Positions 42,061-52,148 of a stretch of DNA of 64,000 bases are shown here, piece by piece. The notes below the pieces were generated by a model that was given only the letters and a program-made list of their open reading frames with translations, ran no database searches and was not told the origin of the DNA. The stretch comes from an uncultured bacterium (GTDB taxonomy: Bacteria; Oederibacteriota; JAAXVQ01; JAUVAV01): the NCBI GenBank assembly GCA_963710755.1, contig CAVQBK010000006.1:32001-96000 (forward strand), written 5' to 3'. The translations under genes were made by a program, and so were the position numbers. Positions within the stretch are counted from its first letter, which is position 1. Every line of letters starts with the position of its first letter.

Positions 42061-42360
42061 CTACGCCGCAGCCAGGACTTCCAGTTTTTGAGACAGGCTG
42101 GTTTTATCCATGCCCGTGACCTCGATAAGCTTCTCCTTGTGATGCAACCCCTGGACAATGGATAGCTGTTGCTGCGCTATGCCCAGCGTTTTCGCCAAAA
42201 ATTGCAGACAGGCCTTGTTGGCTGCGCCCCCTTCAGGTTTTTTGGCGATCTTTATTTTCAAAGCCTGCTGCCAAGCACCGGCCATGGCCGTTTGTCCGGC
42301 ACCGGCCTGGACTTTTATCATAAACCGAAGACCGTTTTTATGTTCCCTGACCAGTATCAT
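42061..42360 (-). CDS. DUF167/YggU family protein
   Basis: LKIKIAKKPEGGAANKA..FLAKTLG; yggS-proC-yggT context. Confidence 0.8.
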   Translation of the reverse strand: MILVREHKNGLRFMIKVQAGAGQTAMAGAWQQALKIKIAKKPEGGAANKACLQFLAKTLGIAQQQLSIVQGLHHKEKLIEVTGMDKTSLSQKLEVLAAA

Positions 42361-42366
42361 GGCTGC

Positions 42367-42663
42367 TTATTGATGGAGCATGCCCCAATAAATAACCGCA
42401 CGAAAAACAAAAGTCTTCAATATAATTAGTCCCAAAAGGGTGATCCACGGGGAGAAATCAATATCACGATAAACCGTAGGCAAAAGTCGCCGCATCATAT
42501 TCACCGGCGGCAAGGCCAACCGGTTGATGAAGGCCACCGCCCAGCCGGGCTGGGATTGGAGTGAAGGTATTAAGTTCAGGACCAAGTCCACCAGAATAAG
42601 ACCGAGCCAGAAAAAACAGGCTGCATAGCCCAACCAACCGATGGTAATGAACAATTCAGCCAT
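42367..42663 (-). CDS. YggT family membrane protein
   Basis: RRLLP...IDFSP motif; context. Confidence 0.8.
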   Translation of the reverse strand: MAELFITIGWLGYAACFFWLGLILVDLVLNLIPSLQSQPGWAVAFINRLALPPVNMMRRLLPTVYRDIDFSPWITLLGLIILKTFVFRAVIYWGMLHQ

Positions 42664-42665
42664 GG

Positions 42666-43493
42666 CTAAGACTCCTTTTTTACCGGGCTTAAAGCGCGCC
42701 CTCTATCGCGGGCCGCGGTTAAGGCTTCATGAAAAATATCCTGGAACCGGCGCTTTTCCAGTACCCCTAAAGCAGCTTCCGTGGTGCCGCCGGGAGAGGT
42801 TACTGCTTTTCTCAAAGCCTCCGGACTTTGTTCCCCTTGTTTTAATAATTGTGCTGCCCCCCAAATAGTTTCAATGGCCAGGGCTTGTGCTTCCTGTTGG
42901 CCTAACCCCAGGGTGAGCGCGCTTTGAATCAGTGTTTCACATAAATAAAAAACATAAGCCGGACCAGAACCTGACAAGGCGGTCACCGCATCCATCAGCG
43001 ATTCCTCCACCGGCATTATGAGACCTACAGCTTGAAAAAGTACGGTGGTTAATTGAGCCTCTGCTGCCGTGGCCTGGGTACCCAAACAGTAAGCCGACGC
43101 ACCGGCTTGGATTCGGGCCGGTGTATTGGGCATCACCCGCACCACTTTGATCGCTTTTTCCACACATGCTTCCAAAAAGGTGGTGGTAAGCCCGGCGGCA
43201 ATGGAAATAAGCACATGCCGGTTGGTATCCAGAGCAGGCGCGATTTGGGCAAGCAGATCCGGAGCTTGTTGCGGTTTTACGGACAGCACCAGCACCTGGG
43301 CCTGGTCAACCAGTTGCAGGTTATCAGAAATAGGTTGAATGTGATAAGCTTGCTGGAGGGTTTGCAAACGTTCCCTGTTGACATCAGCGCACAAGATACG
43401 GTCAGCTGTTAAAACCCCTTTGTCCATCAGGCCTTTAATGAGCGCTTCCGCCATGTTGCCGCTGCCTAAAAATCCTAATGTGCTGTTAATCAC
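42666..43493 (-). CDS. proC: Pyrroline-5-carboxylate reductase
   Basis: GFLGSGNMA, RVMPNTP, SGSGPAY, VTSPGGTT; GTG start after GAGG. Confidence 0.95.
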   Translation of the reverse strand: MINSTLGFLGSGNMAEALIKGLMDKGVLTADRILCADVNRERLQTLQQAYHIQPISDNLQLVDQAQVLVLSVKPQQAPDLLAQIAPALDTNRHVLISIAAGLTTTFLEACVEKAIKVVRVMPNTPARIQAGASAYCLGTQATAAEAQLTTVLFQAVGLIMPVEESLMDAVTALSGSGPAYVFYLCETLIQSALTLGLGQQEAQALAIETIWGAAQLLKQGEQSPEALRKAVTSPGGTTEAALGVLEKRRFQDIFHEALTAARDRGRALSPVKKES

Positions 43494-43611
43494 TAACCTC
43501 TCCTCAGGGATCTTGGGGTACAGGCTACTTGGCCGGTCCCTGCGCGATGTCTGTACCCTACAGCCCCGCAATACCAGCTTGGCCGGCTTTTGATCTTCCC
43601 TTAAACCGTCA

Positions 43612-44307
43612 TTAACCGGCAAATAAGCTGGTGCCGATCCGCACCATGGTCGCCCCTTCTTCTATAGCAATTTCATAATCATTGGACATACCCATGGAAA
43701 GCGTGTCCCATTGTGTACCCAAATTCATTTCGATTTTTATTTCTTGAAAGAGATCAGACAGCGCCTTGAAATAAGGCCGGACCAACTCCTGGTTTTCCAC
43801 ATAGGGGGCCATGGTCATCAGTCCTTTGATATGGAGATGTTCTTTTTGGGCCACCAAATCCACCAATTGCTTGGTTTCCTCCGGTTTGATGCCGAACTTG
43901 GATTCTTCCTGACTGATATTGACTTCGACCAGCACATCCAAACAGCGGTCAAGCCGCCCGGCTTCCCTGTCCAAGGCGTCGGCAATACGTTTGGAATCAA
44001 TGGAATGGATCATTTTAAAGATCGACGCTGCTTGCCGCGCTTTATTGGTTTGGAGATGGCCGATCAAATGCCAGTCCACTACAGGACCGAGCTGATAAAA
44101 TTTTTGCTTGGCATCCTGGATTTTGCTTTCCCCTACCGCCCGGATACCGGCATCAATGGCATAACGCATGTCCTCCAGAGACACAACCTTGGTTACAGCC
44201 AATAGAGTGATGGCCTTGGCCGGGCGCCCACTTTTTTCAGCAGCTTTTTTGATACGCTGTTGAATATTTTGGATGTTTCTCTTGATTATTTCTTTGCGCT
44301 CTGTCAT
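43612..44307 (-). CDS. yggS: PLP homeostasis protein YggS
   Basis: AVTK, WHLIGHLQTNK, LSMGMSND, VRIGT. Confidence 0.95.
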   Translation of the reverse strand: MTERKEIIKRNIQNIQQRIKKAAEKSGRPAKAITLLAVTKVVSLEDMRYAIDAGIRAVGESKIQDAKQKFYQLGPVVDWHLIGHLQTNKARQAASIFKMIHSIDSKRIADALDREAGRLDRCLDVLVEVNISQEESKFGIKPEETKQLVDLVAQKEHLHIKGLMTMAPYVENQELVRPYFKALSDLFQEIKIEMNLGTQWDTLSMGMSNDYEIAIEEGATMVRIGTSLFAG

Positions 44308-44465
44308 TAGCTTGCATTATACGTTTATTTATTTTATTGACAATAAAAAATTATTATGTTCCAGTAAAAAAAATAAATATGACAAAATAATTAACGCAAT
44401 TTTTCTCAATTGCAAAAACAACTTATTGAGTACGGTCGCGCCCGTTCTTTATAGACAATCATTAA

Positions 44466-45272
44466 TCATGTGCCAATTTGAATCATGGAAAGCATGCGTC
44501 CTGTTTGGCCTTGATCGCGGCGATAGGAAAAATAATCCTTCTCTTTATCAAAGGTGCAATCAGGAACCCTTATAATATTATCTTCCTGCAACCCTTGCTC
44601 TTTGAGCTGCCTGACCGCTGCTTGCTGGAGGTCAACATAACCATAATGGTCCTGAATCCTGATAATGTCAGGAGACAACGCCATGAAAACATCAAATAAT
44701 TCGGCGGTTACCATAAAATGGTCCGGCCCAATGCATGGCCCCAATACAGCCAACAATGGTTGAGCTGCAAGAGGCCCAATTGCCCGGAGCTTTTTCACGC
44801 CCTCTGCAATAATGCCCTTCACCAAGCCTTTCCATCCGGCATGAACAATAGCCACAGCTTTGGCTTGAGGATGAATCAAGACTACCGGCAGACAATCAGC
44901 GGTTTTTATAGCAAGCGGCAAACCGGGAGTGGTGGTGATCAAGCCGTCTGCCTCAGGCAGGTTCTCTTCGTCGCTTATCCACCCCTGTCCGGCCTGGGCC
45001 TCTTCTACCGGCAAGATGGTCCGGCCATGGACTTGCCGGACCAGGACCGGGGCCAAAGGGCCAAAGCCGCCTGCCGCCAGGGCACGCTGACGATTGGAGA
45101 TCACCCGCTGGAATTGGTCGCCACAGTTAAATCCGCAATTGAGGCTTGCCCAGGAACCAAGACTTATGCCGCCATGGCGCTGAAAAAAAGCCACTCTGAT
45201 TCCCAGGGACTCCACGGTGGGGACCCGCCAAAAGGCTACCTTATCATTCCGTTCTAAAACCAGGCCGCTCAT
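44466..45272 (-). CDS. pgeF: PgeF/YfiH family protein
   Basis: QVHG, TADCLP, VHAGWKG, GPCIG, FSYRR. Confidence 0.9.
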   Translation of the reverse strand: MSGLVLERNDKVAFWRVPTVESLGIRVAFFQRHGGISLGSWASLNCGFNCGDQFQRVISNRQRALAAGGFGPLAPVLVRQVHGRTILPVEEAQAGQGWISDEENLPEADGLITTTPGLPLAIKTADCLPVVLIHPQAKAVAIVHAGWKGLVKGIIAEGVKKLRAIGPLAAQPLLAVLGPCIGPDHFMVTAELFDVFMALSPDIIRIQDHYGYVDLQQAAVRQLKEQGLQEDNIIRVPDCTFDKEKDYFSYRRDQGQTGRMLSMIQIGT

Positions 45273-46978
45273 TTTGATCGCTTCTTTTTCAATACCATGG
45301 GCGGGCTCCAATTTTCATTAACTTTTTTCAAAGCCACCTTAGCCCAATTGGATGGCCCGGCCAGCGGTAATTGTATATAAAAGCAGGAGCCTTGTTGTTT
45401 ATGGCTGGTAAGCCAAAGCCGGCCGCTATGCAATTCCACCAAATCTTTGACTATGGCCAGCCCCAACCCAATGCCCCCCGCCTGGCGGGTTAAGGTATAA
45501 TTGCCTTGATGAAATTTATCGAAAACATGTTTTTGCTCCTCTTCATCCATACCGGGCCCTGTGTCGGCAACCGACAGTTCCATGACCTCTTCCTTGACGT
45601 GCATGGCCACGTTAATGGTGCCGCCCTCTGGGGTGAACTTCAAGGCGTTGGAAATCAAGTTGTTGAGCATTTGCTTGATCCGGCCGCTGTCCCCCATCAG
45701 GTGTGGCGAGTGGTCGACCAGGGTGCTGTGCAAGGTCAGCCCTTTTTTCACAGCTTCGTCACGAAATTCCTCCAGACATTCCCGAATCAGCCGGACCATA
45801 TCCACCTGCACGAGATCCAATTTCAACTGGCCGAATTCCAAGCGTGAGAGATCAAGTAAATCATCGAGCAGTAAAATAAGCCGTTCCGTGTTCTTTTGGG
45901 CCATTTTCATATATTTATCATAGCGCTCCGGGCCCATTTGGTCTTTTTCAGTATCTATCAAATTCAAAGCGCCTTTGATGATGGTTAAAGGCGTTCTTAA
46001 TTCGTGGGAAGTAATGGATAAAAAATAAGACTTCATGACATCCAGTTCTTTGAGCTGTTGCAGGGAGCGTTCCAATTCACTGTTGCGGCTCCTCACTTTT
46101 TCCTCCAGCTCCTGGGTCAAAGCACGATTGGCGACTAGCAATTCCTGCAATTTTTGATTAACATGGTGTAATTGCTGGTTCTGGTTGTCAATGATTTCAT
46201 AATCCTCGATCAGGCGGGTGCGGTAATCGGTCAACATTTTGGAGGTCCAAGGCAACTTGGTGAGCAAGGTGGACCAAAATTTTTTAGGGCTGATCCAGCG
46301 CAGGTGATAGACACAACGTTGGGTACCGTAAAGTGTACCTTCGTAAAAATAGGTTCCATGACTATCCAAAACCCCGCAATCGGTCCATTCCTTACTGATC
46401 AGATCTTCCTTCCACAACCTGCCCCGACGATAGTGAAAACGGCAATGATCAATGACGCCTTTTTCCCAAATAGGTACGGCGCATTCGCTCTCCTGGATGT
46501 CAAGCCAGGTCAGCGCCTTTTTTTGCAGCAGCCCTGCATACATCCCTTTAATCAGATCACAGGCTTGGCGCGTTTTGATGTAACCGGGAAGCATCTTCAC
46601 TTCCACCGTGCCGTGCTGCCGGGAATGGTCCCGCAGATGAATGGTGGAAATTTTGGTTAAAAGCGAGGAATAGTTGACACTAAGGGCCACAATCTTGGCT
46701 GGTTCAAGAATAAGATTGACGATGTTGTCCAATATACCCAGTTTGTCAAGCATCTGGGCTTGCCGGCCAATGGCCACCATAATATGGTCATCATCAAATA
46801 GTTCTTCCACTTTACGGAAAAGGAGGTTGGCCGTCTGATAGCTTATCCATTGATGTTCATCTTTGCAAAAATGGTTTTCTTGTTCCTCCAGGAAAGCCGG
46901 CAGTATCTCGGGCCTGCGTTTTTTAATATAATCAACAATTAAATTGAGGGTTCGGCAACTAACTTCATTGAAATACAC
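45269..46978 (-). CDS. Sensor histidine kinase with uncharacterised soluble N-terminal domain
   Basis: SHELRTPL, NLISNALKFT, DTGPG, GIGLGL. Confidence 0.9.
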   Translation of the reverse strand: MYFNEVSCRTLNLIVDYIKKRRPEILPAFLEEQENHFCKDEHQWISYQTANLLFRKVEELFDDDHIMVAIGRQAQMLDKLGILDNIVNLILEPAKIVALSVNYSSLLTKISTIHLRDHSRQHGTVEVKMLPGYIKTRQACDLIKGMYAGLLQKKALTWLDIQESECAVPIWEKGVIDHCRFHYRRGRLWKEDLISKEWTDCGVLDSHGTYFYEGTLYGTQRCVYHLRWISPKKFWSTLLTKLPWTSKMLTDYRTRLIEDYEIIDNQNQQLHHVNQKLQELLVANRALTQELEEKVRSRNSELERSLQQLKELDVMKSYFLSITSHELRTPLTIIKGALNLIDTEKDQMGPERYDKYMKMAQKNTERLILLLDDLLDLSRLEFGQLKLDLVQVDMVRLIRECLEEFRDEAVKKGLTLHSTLVDHSPHLMGDSGRIKQMLNNLISNALKFTPEGGTINVAMHVKEEVMELSVADTGPGMDEEEQKHVFDKFHQGNYTLTRQAGGIGLGLAIVKDLVELHSGRLWLTSHKQQGSCFYIQLPLAGPSNWAKVALKKVNENWSPPMVLKKKRSK

Positions 46979-47003
46979 GGTGCGTCCGTCCTTTGCGGGC
47001 TAG

Positions 47004-47077
47004 GTAGGAAGCAGTCGCGACCGTTCCTTGCCTAATCCTATTCATGGGAAAAGCAGGGGCGATAGTTCCGCCCCTAC
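47004..47077. repeat. REP-like inverted doublet
   Basis: GTAGGAAGCAGTCGCGACCGTTCCTTGC and GCAGGGGCGATAGTTCCGCCCCTAC; outer GTAG...CTAC ends. Confidence 0.55.
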
Positions 47078-47145
47078 AATTAATGAAGATCACAATGCGC
47101 GCTTGAAAGAGGAAAAGAATTGAAAAGCTTTGCCGGCTCTGAAAA

Positions 47146-47871
47146 TTATAAGGCGAATTTTGATGCAAAGCCAAACCAGTTTGACAGCTGCATTAGTTTT
47201 CCCGTCACCAGTAAAATCCCCAACACGATCAACAGCGCACCCGCTCCCCTTTCCACCCAAGGCAAGAAGCGCTTGAAGCCTTTCAACCAATTGAGAAAGG
47301 GATTGATCAGCGCCGCCGTCAGGATAAAGGGAATGCCCAGACCCAGGGAGTAGACGGTCAGCAGCAGCACCCCCTGGCCCACGGAATCCTTGGTGCTGGC
47401 CAAGGCCAGTATACCCGCCAACAACGGACCTACGCACGGTGACCATCCGAAAGCAAAAGCCGCGCCCACCAAAAAAGCACTCACCAAGCCGGCCTTGGCG
47501 TTGAGCGGACGATAGCGTTGTTCACGCATCAACAAAGGAATGCGCACCAGCCCGGTCATATGGATCCCCAGCACTATGATCATCACCCCGGCCACCTTGG
47601 TGATCCAGGTCATACTTTGGCTCAGCCATTGCCCGACCAGCGTGGCCGATGCCCCCAGCAATACAAAGATCAAGCTAAACCCCAGAACAAAACTCACCGC
47701 CAAGCTGATGGTGCGGCTCTGCATCTTCCGGTCCTGGCCATGGCTAAGCTGTTCCAGGTCATAGCCGGTGATAAATGAAATGTACGCCGGCACCAGGGGC
47801 AGCACGCAAGGGGATAAAAAAGAAACCACACCGGCCAAAAAGGCACTAAGCAGGGAAATGGAATCGTTCAT
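47146..47871 (-). CDS. ccdA: CcdA (DsbD transmembrane domain) protein
   Basis: SFLSPCVLPLVP and WSPCVGP redox Cys pair. Confidence 0.93.
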   Translation of the reverse strand: MNDSISLLSAFLAGVVSFLSPCVLPLVPAYISFITGYDLEQLSHGQDRKMQSRTISLAVSFVLGFSLIFVLLGASATLVGQWLSQSMTWITKVAGVMIIVLGIHMTGLVRIPLLMREQRYRPLNAKAGLVSAFLVGAAFAFGWSPCVGPLLAGILALASTKDSVGQGVLLLTVYSLGLGIPFILTAALINPFLNWLKGFKRFLPWVERGAGALLIVLGILLVTGKLMQLSNWFGFASKFAL

Positions 47872-47872
47872 G

Positions 47873-49708
47873 TCAACACTCCTTGGTCGTTGTTGAGATT
47901 AATAACTGGTCGGGGATAATAACATCAAATTGGCTGCCCTCATTGAGCCGGCTTTTTACCTGCAACCGGCCGTGATGGAATTCCACAATGCGTTTGGCAA
48001 TCGTCAAGCCCAGACCGGCACCGCCGGCCTTGCGGGTGAGGGTATTTTCGGCTTGATAAAATTTCTCGAAAATCATCTGGCAGGTTTCCGGGGTCATGCC
48101 GATGCCCGAGTCAATGACACTGATGATGATTTCATTTTGGTTTTGATCATGGCGAGCACGGGCAATGATTCGGCCCGGTTTTTCGGTAAACTTGATGGCA
48201 TTGGTAATCAGATTGACCAACACCCGTTCAAACTGCTCCCGGTCCACCAACACGGCCGGGAACTTGGGCGGCAGATCGATCTTCAGTTTTTGTTTTTTGG
48301 ACTGCAGTTGCGGACTGAGGTCCATGGCCAAATCTTCCAGCATGTCTTTCAGATTCACCGGTTCCACCCGCAGGCGCAGACTGCCTGAATCCAGTTTTTG
48401 CAGGGCCAGGAGGTCTTCAATCATGATGGCCAATTTCTGAGCGTTTTCCAGACCGATGGTAATATAGCGCCGGATTTTTTTCATGCCCGCGGTATTGAAC
48501 TCCATCAGGGCGAAACTTAAAAACCCGATGATGGAGGTGAGCGGCGTGCGTAATTCATGGGAAATGGTGGCAATAAACTCCGATTTGATCCGGTCCACTT
48601 CCTTAAGCTTTTCAATATCCCGTTGCACCTGTTCATAAAGCCGGGCATTTTCAATAGCCCCGGCCACCTGGATACCAATGGCCAGCAGCATATCCCGTTC
48701 TTCATCCTGAATCTCGCGCGGGGTCATGGCCAGCAAGCTCATCACTCCGCATATTTGCCCCTTGATGCGCAGGGGGATGGCCACCGCCAGCCTTAGGGAA
48801 GAATCGAGACGGCCCAGCTCTTCTGCCTTGGTAGCCCATTGCAGGAAACCACTCTCCGCAGCGCGGCCGATCACGCTTTGCGGGTCTGTCAGCGAGCATA
48901 ACTTGTGCTGTATGGCCGCAGAAAGGTTCTTCTCCGCCTCCAACTTCATCCTGCCTTGGTCGTCAAGCAGACAGACCGCGCCCATGGGAAATCCGGTCAA
49001 TTCCAGCACCAGTTCCAGAATATTATTCAGCAATTGTACCAGGTCCTGGCTTTGCCCGGACACCGCGGAGATTTGGTTCATAACCATAAAGGATTGGGAC
49101 AGGGCTTCCAAATCCTGGGTACGTTTGCGCACCGTGCCTTCCAGCCTTTCATAGGCCTCACTCAGTGCATGTTCCAATTTCACTTCCCTGGTGATATCTT
49201 TGGAGATGGTTACCGTGCCCACCGGCCGGCCATGGCTCCCTTTCTCCCGCAGCAGGGAGATCGACATCAGCAGCTCCGCTGCTTCACCATCCTTTTTTTT
49301 GACCATGGTGCGGATATTGCGAAGATTGCCCTGGCCTTCCAGAGTATTGAGAAGTTGAAAATAATGTTGTTCATGATTAAACAATTCAGCCAGGGAATGG
49401 CCCATGACCTCATGTGCCAGGTAACCGGTGATTTCCTCCGCCATCTTATTAAAGCGGATGACTCTTTGTTCAGGATCGAGCACCCAGATGGCATCAGGGG
49501 AATAATTAAGTAAATCGGCTAAAAATTCACTGGTCTGCAGCAGTTCCTGACGGGCCTCTTCCAAAGCACGATTTTTGTCTTCCAGAGCCAGATTGGCATC
49601 AATCAGCAATACTTCCCGCTCTTTAAGCAATTTGGAAATATGATCCAACTTCTCATAAGTCCAGGAGATCTCGTCTTGTTTGGAAAAGCCTTTATTGTCC
49701 TCGGTCAT
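47873..49708 (-). CDS. PAS-GAF sensor histidine kinase
   Basis: PAS (SPDAI..FNKMAEEITGY), GAF (AIENARLY), SHELRTPL, GAGLGL. Confidence 0.92.
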   Translation of the reverse strand: MTEDNKGFSKQDEISWTYEKLDHISKLLKEREVLLIDANLALEDKNRALEEARQELLQTSEFLADLLNYSPDAIWVLDPEQRVIRFNKMAEEITGYLAHEVMGHSLAELFNHEQHYFQLLNTLEGQGNLRNIRTMVKKKDGEAAELLMSISLLREKGSHGRPVGTVTISKDITREVKLEHALSEAYERLEGTVRKRTQDLEALSQSFMVMNQISAVSGQSQDLVQLLNNILELVLELTGFPMGAVCLLDDQGRMKLEAEKNLSAAIQHKLCSLTDPQSVIGRAAESGFLQWATKAEELGRLDSSLRLAVAIPLRIKGQICGVMSLLAMTPREIQDEERDMLLAIGIQVAGAIENARLYEQVQRDIEKLKEVDRIKSEFIATISHELRTPLTSIIGFLSFALMEFNTAGMKKIRRYITIGLENAQKLAIMIEDLLALQKLDSGSLRLRVEPVNLKDMLEDLAMDLSPQLQSKKQKLKIDLPPKFPAVLVDREQFERVLVNLITNAIKFTEKPGRIIARARHDQNQNEIIISVIDSGIGMTPETCQMIFEKFYQAENTLTRKAGGAGLGLTIAKRIVEFHHGRLQVKSRLNEGSQFDVIIPDQLLISTTTKEC

Positions 49709-49790
49709 GGTTTTAACTCCGGATGTTTGGTATTCTCACGGATCGGGCTGTCTCTAAATATTTTCGGCTACTTCCCAACTCCCGGAAAGC

Positions 49791-50315
49791 CTAATCCACA
49801 ACCTTTTCCAAGGAGATGACGCCTTCATATTTGTTGCGAATCAGACCCTCGCCGTTTAATTCCAAAATGGTGGGAATGCCCTTGATCAAATCAGGATAAC
49901 GGTTCAGAAGTTGGGAAGCCATGAATAACCGGTTCCCATCCGGCTTGGCCGCAGGTCCTGAAAGAGCAGGATCCTCGTTGTCCTCGTAGAGATCAATCAC
50001 GATGATGCTTTCCAGCTCGTGATTAATCAGGGGCTGGAGTCGCTGGGCTTCCTCCAGCAAGGGCCGGCAATGACCGCACCACGTCGTGGTTAGAATCAAA
50101 AACGTTTTCGGCCGGAGGATCTCCCGCGAATCGACCCATTGCAGCTGGGTGTTGCGAAGCGAAAAGCTGATTTTTTGCTGATCCACCTCAAAGCGTTCGG
50201 TGGCCGGATGGATTTCCTTGATCTCGATATCAGGATCGCGGCGCTGTAAGCCCAACAATACCAGTGCGCTCACCAGCAGAACGGCCATGACGATAACCCC
50301 GGTGCGCCGTATCAC
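49791..50315 (-). CDS. Membrane-anchored thioredoxin-like (TlpA-like) protein
   Basis: N-terminal TM, WCGHC, GIPT cis-Pro loop. Confidence 0.7.
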   Translation of the reverse strand: MIRRTGVIVMAVLLVSALVLLGLQRRDPDIEIKEIHPATERFEVDQQKISFSLRNTQLQWVDSREILRPKTFLILTTTWCGHCRPLLEEAQRLQPLINHELESIIVIDLYEDNEDPALSGPAAKPDGNRLFMASQLLNRYPDLIKGIPTILELNGEGLIRNKYEGVISLEKVVD

Positions 50316-51115
50316 TGGGCCTGCGTTCTTTGGGTGCGTTGGAACAGCCAGGTCAAGCGCATGCCTTCAAGCACCAAGTTAGGATTGATGGCCTCGATAG
50401 AGGGACATAACGGGCTCAGCATAGGGGCCCACCCCCCGGTGGCCACAACTTTGGCCGGTAAGTTGATTTGCGTTTTAATATGCTGAACCAGATATTCCAC
50501 AGCGCCGGCCGCGCCCAACAGGATACCGCAGCGCATGCTCTCGTCCGTATCCCGGCCAAAAGCGTCTTGCGGCATTTTCAACTCCACCCGGGGCAATAGC
50601 GAGGTACCCTTGGCCAAAGCTTCGGCCGAGAGCAACACCCCGGGCATGATGGCGCCTCCCAGATAGGCGCGGTCAGCACCCACCACATCAATGGTAGTGG
50701 CCGTGCCGAAATCCACCATAATGACCGGTGCACCATAGGCTTCCACTGCCGCCACTGCGCTCATCAGGCGGTCAGCACCCACATTGTGCGGGGCGTGATA
50801 GTGATTTTTAATGGGTAAAGGCAGGTTGGATTTGATGGTAAGGACCGAGACCTTGAGAACTTGCCTGGCGGCCAAGGCCATGTTGGCGTCCAGTTCGGGC
50901 ACCACACTGGAAATAACGACGCCTTCCCAAACAGGCGTCCCGGGCAGACCCCGGAAAAGACCATCGAGCACCAAGCCCAGCTCATCCGCCGTGGCACGAC
51001 GGTTGGTGGCCACGCGGAATTGCTTGATCAGGGCGGGCCCGTCAAAAAGACCTAAACAGCAATGGGTATTGCCAATATCAATCGTCACCAGCACGACAGA
51101 CTCCTTAAGGGGCAA
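50312..51115 (-). CDS. coaX: Type III pantothenate kinase
   Basis: IDIGNT, GADR, VDFGTATT, GGAIMPG. Confidence 0.95.
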   Translation of the reverse strand: MPLKESVVLVTIDIGNTHCCLGLFDGPALIKQFRVATNRRATADELGLVLDGLFRGLPGTPVWEGVVISSVVPELDANMALAARQVLKVSVLTIKSNLPLPIKNHYHAPHNVGADRLMSAVAAVEAYGAPVIMVDFGTATTIDVVGADRAYLGGAIMPGVLLSAEALAKGTSLLPRVELKMPQDAFGRDTDESMRCGILLGAAGAVEYLVQHIKTQINLPAKVVATGGWAPMLSPLCPSIEAINPNLVLEGMRLTWLFQRTQRTQAQ

Positions 51116-51169
51116 TATGGCATTACTATACCAGGTCCGGATGCTTATGAAAACAGGTGATTTTTATTT

Positions 51170-52144
51170 TTAAGACCGCCTGCTCGCGGCCATCTCCCCG
51201 CTGCTGATGGTCTCGATCAGGCCGTCCTCGGTTCTTAAAAGCAGACACCCTTGTTCGTCAATGCCCATGACCATGCCTTCCACTTCCCGGTAACCTTGTT
51301 CGATTTTGGCGATAGTACCGGTCATGGGGGCCCGCTGTTGCCAAGCGGCCATAATATGGGTCATGCCGTTATTTTTCACATTCAGGTAATGATGCTCCGT
51401 TTTTTCCAGAATCATTCTGAGCAATTGCACCCGGTCCAGGGCGCGATTTAATTCTTTGGCCAGGCTGGTGGCGGCATAGCGGGTGTTTTTCGGCGCCGGT
51501 CCATTGACATTGATGCCGGCGCCAACGGCCACATAATCCACCATGTCCGCCTGACCCTGCATCTCGGTAAGAATACCGGCCACTTTTTTTTGATTAATCA
51601 TCAGATCATTGGGCCATTTGACACTTACCGATAGGCCGCTTAGGCTCTCTATGGCTTCGGCCATGCTGATGGCCAAAACCTGGGTGAGACGGGGCGCCCA
51701 AGCCACGGACCAGGGCGGCCGAAAGATAATCGTGAAGAGCAGATGCCGGCCTTCCGCAGCCAGCCAGACCCGCTCGCGCCGACCCCGGCCGTGGGATTGA
51801 TACTCGGTGACCACCAGCGTACCTTCCGGCGCCCCGGCCCGCGCCAATTCAATGGCCCGGTCATTGGTGGAGGTGGTGGCCTTAAAGGCATAAATCTTAC
51901 GGCCGATCTTTTTGGTGTTTAATTGATAGTCGATTTCGTCAGGAAGCAGACGATCAGGAATGCCGACCAGGCGGTAACCGCTGTGCGGAACGGCTTCAAT
52001 GGTATAACCTTCCGCCTCCAAATGCTGCATGTGTTTCCAAACCGCGGCCCGCGAGATACCCAGGTGCTGGGACAGCTCTTCGCCTGAACACCAAGCGGTT
52101 CCATGACGTCGCAGCAGGGCCAGTACATCACTGGTGCTGGCCAT
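51170..52144 (-). CDS. birA: Bifunctional biotin ligase/repressor
   Basis: N-terminal wHTH (SGEELS..ISRAAVWK), GRGRR, KWPND, KVAGIL. Confidence 0.95.
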   Translation of the reverse strand: MASTSDVLALLRRHGTAWCSGEELSQHLGISRAAVWKHMQHLEAEGYTIEAVPHSGYRLVGIPDRLLPDEIDYQLNTKKIGRKIYAFKATTSTNDRAIELARAGAPEGTLVVTEYQSHGRGRRERVWLAAEGRHLLFTIIFRPPWSVAWAPRLTQVLAISMAEAIESLSGLSVSVKWPNDLMINQKKVAGILTEMQGQADMVDYVAVGAGINVNGPAPKNTRYAATSLAKELNRALDRVQLLRMILEKTEHHYLNVKNNGMTHIMAAWQQRAPMTGTIAKIEQGYREVEGMVMGIDEQGCLLLRTEDGLIETISSGEMAASRRS

Positions 52145-52148
52145 GGGG

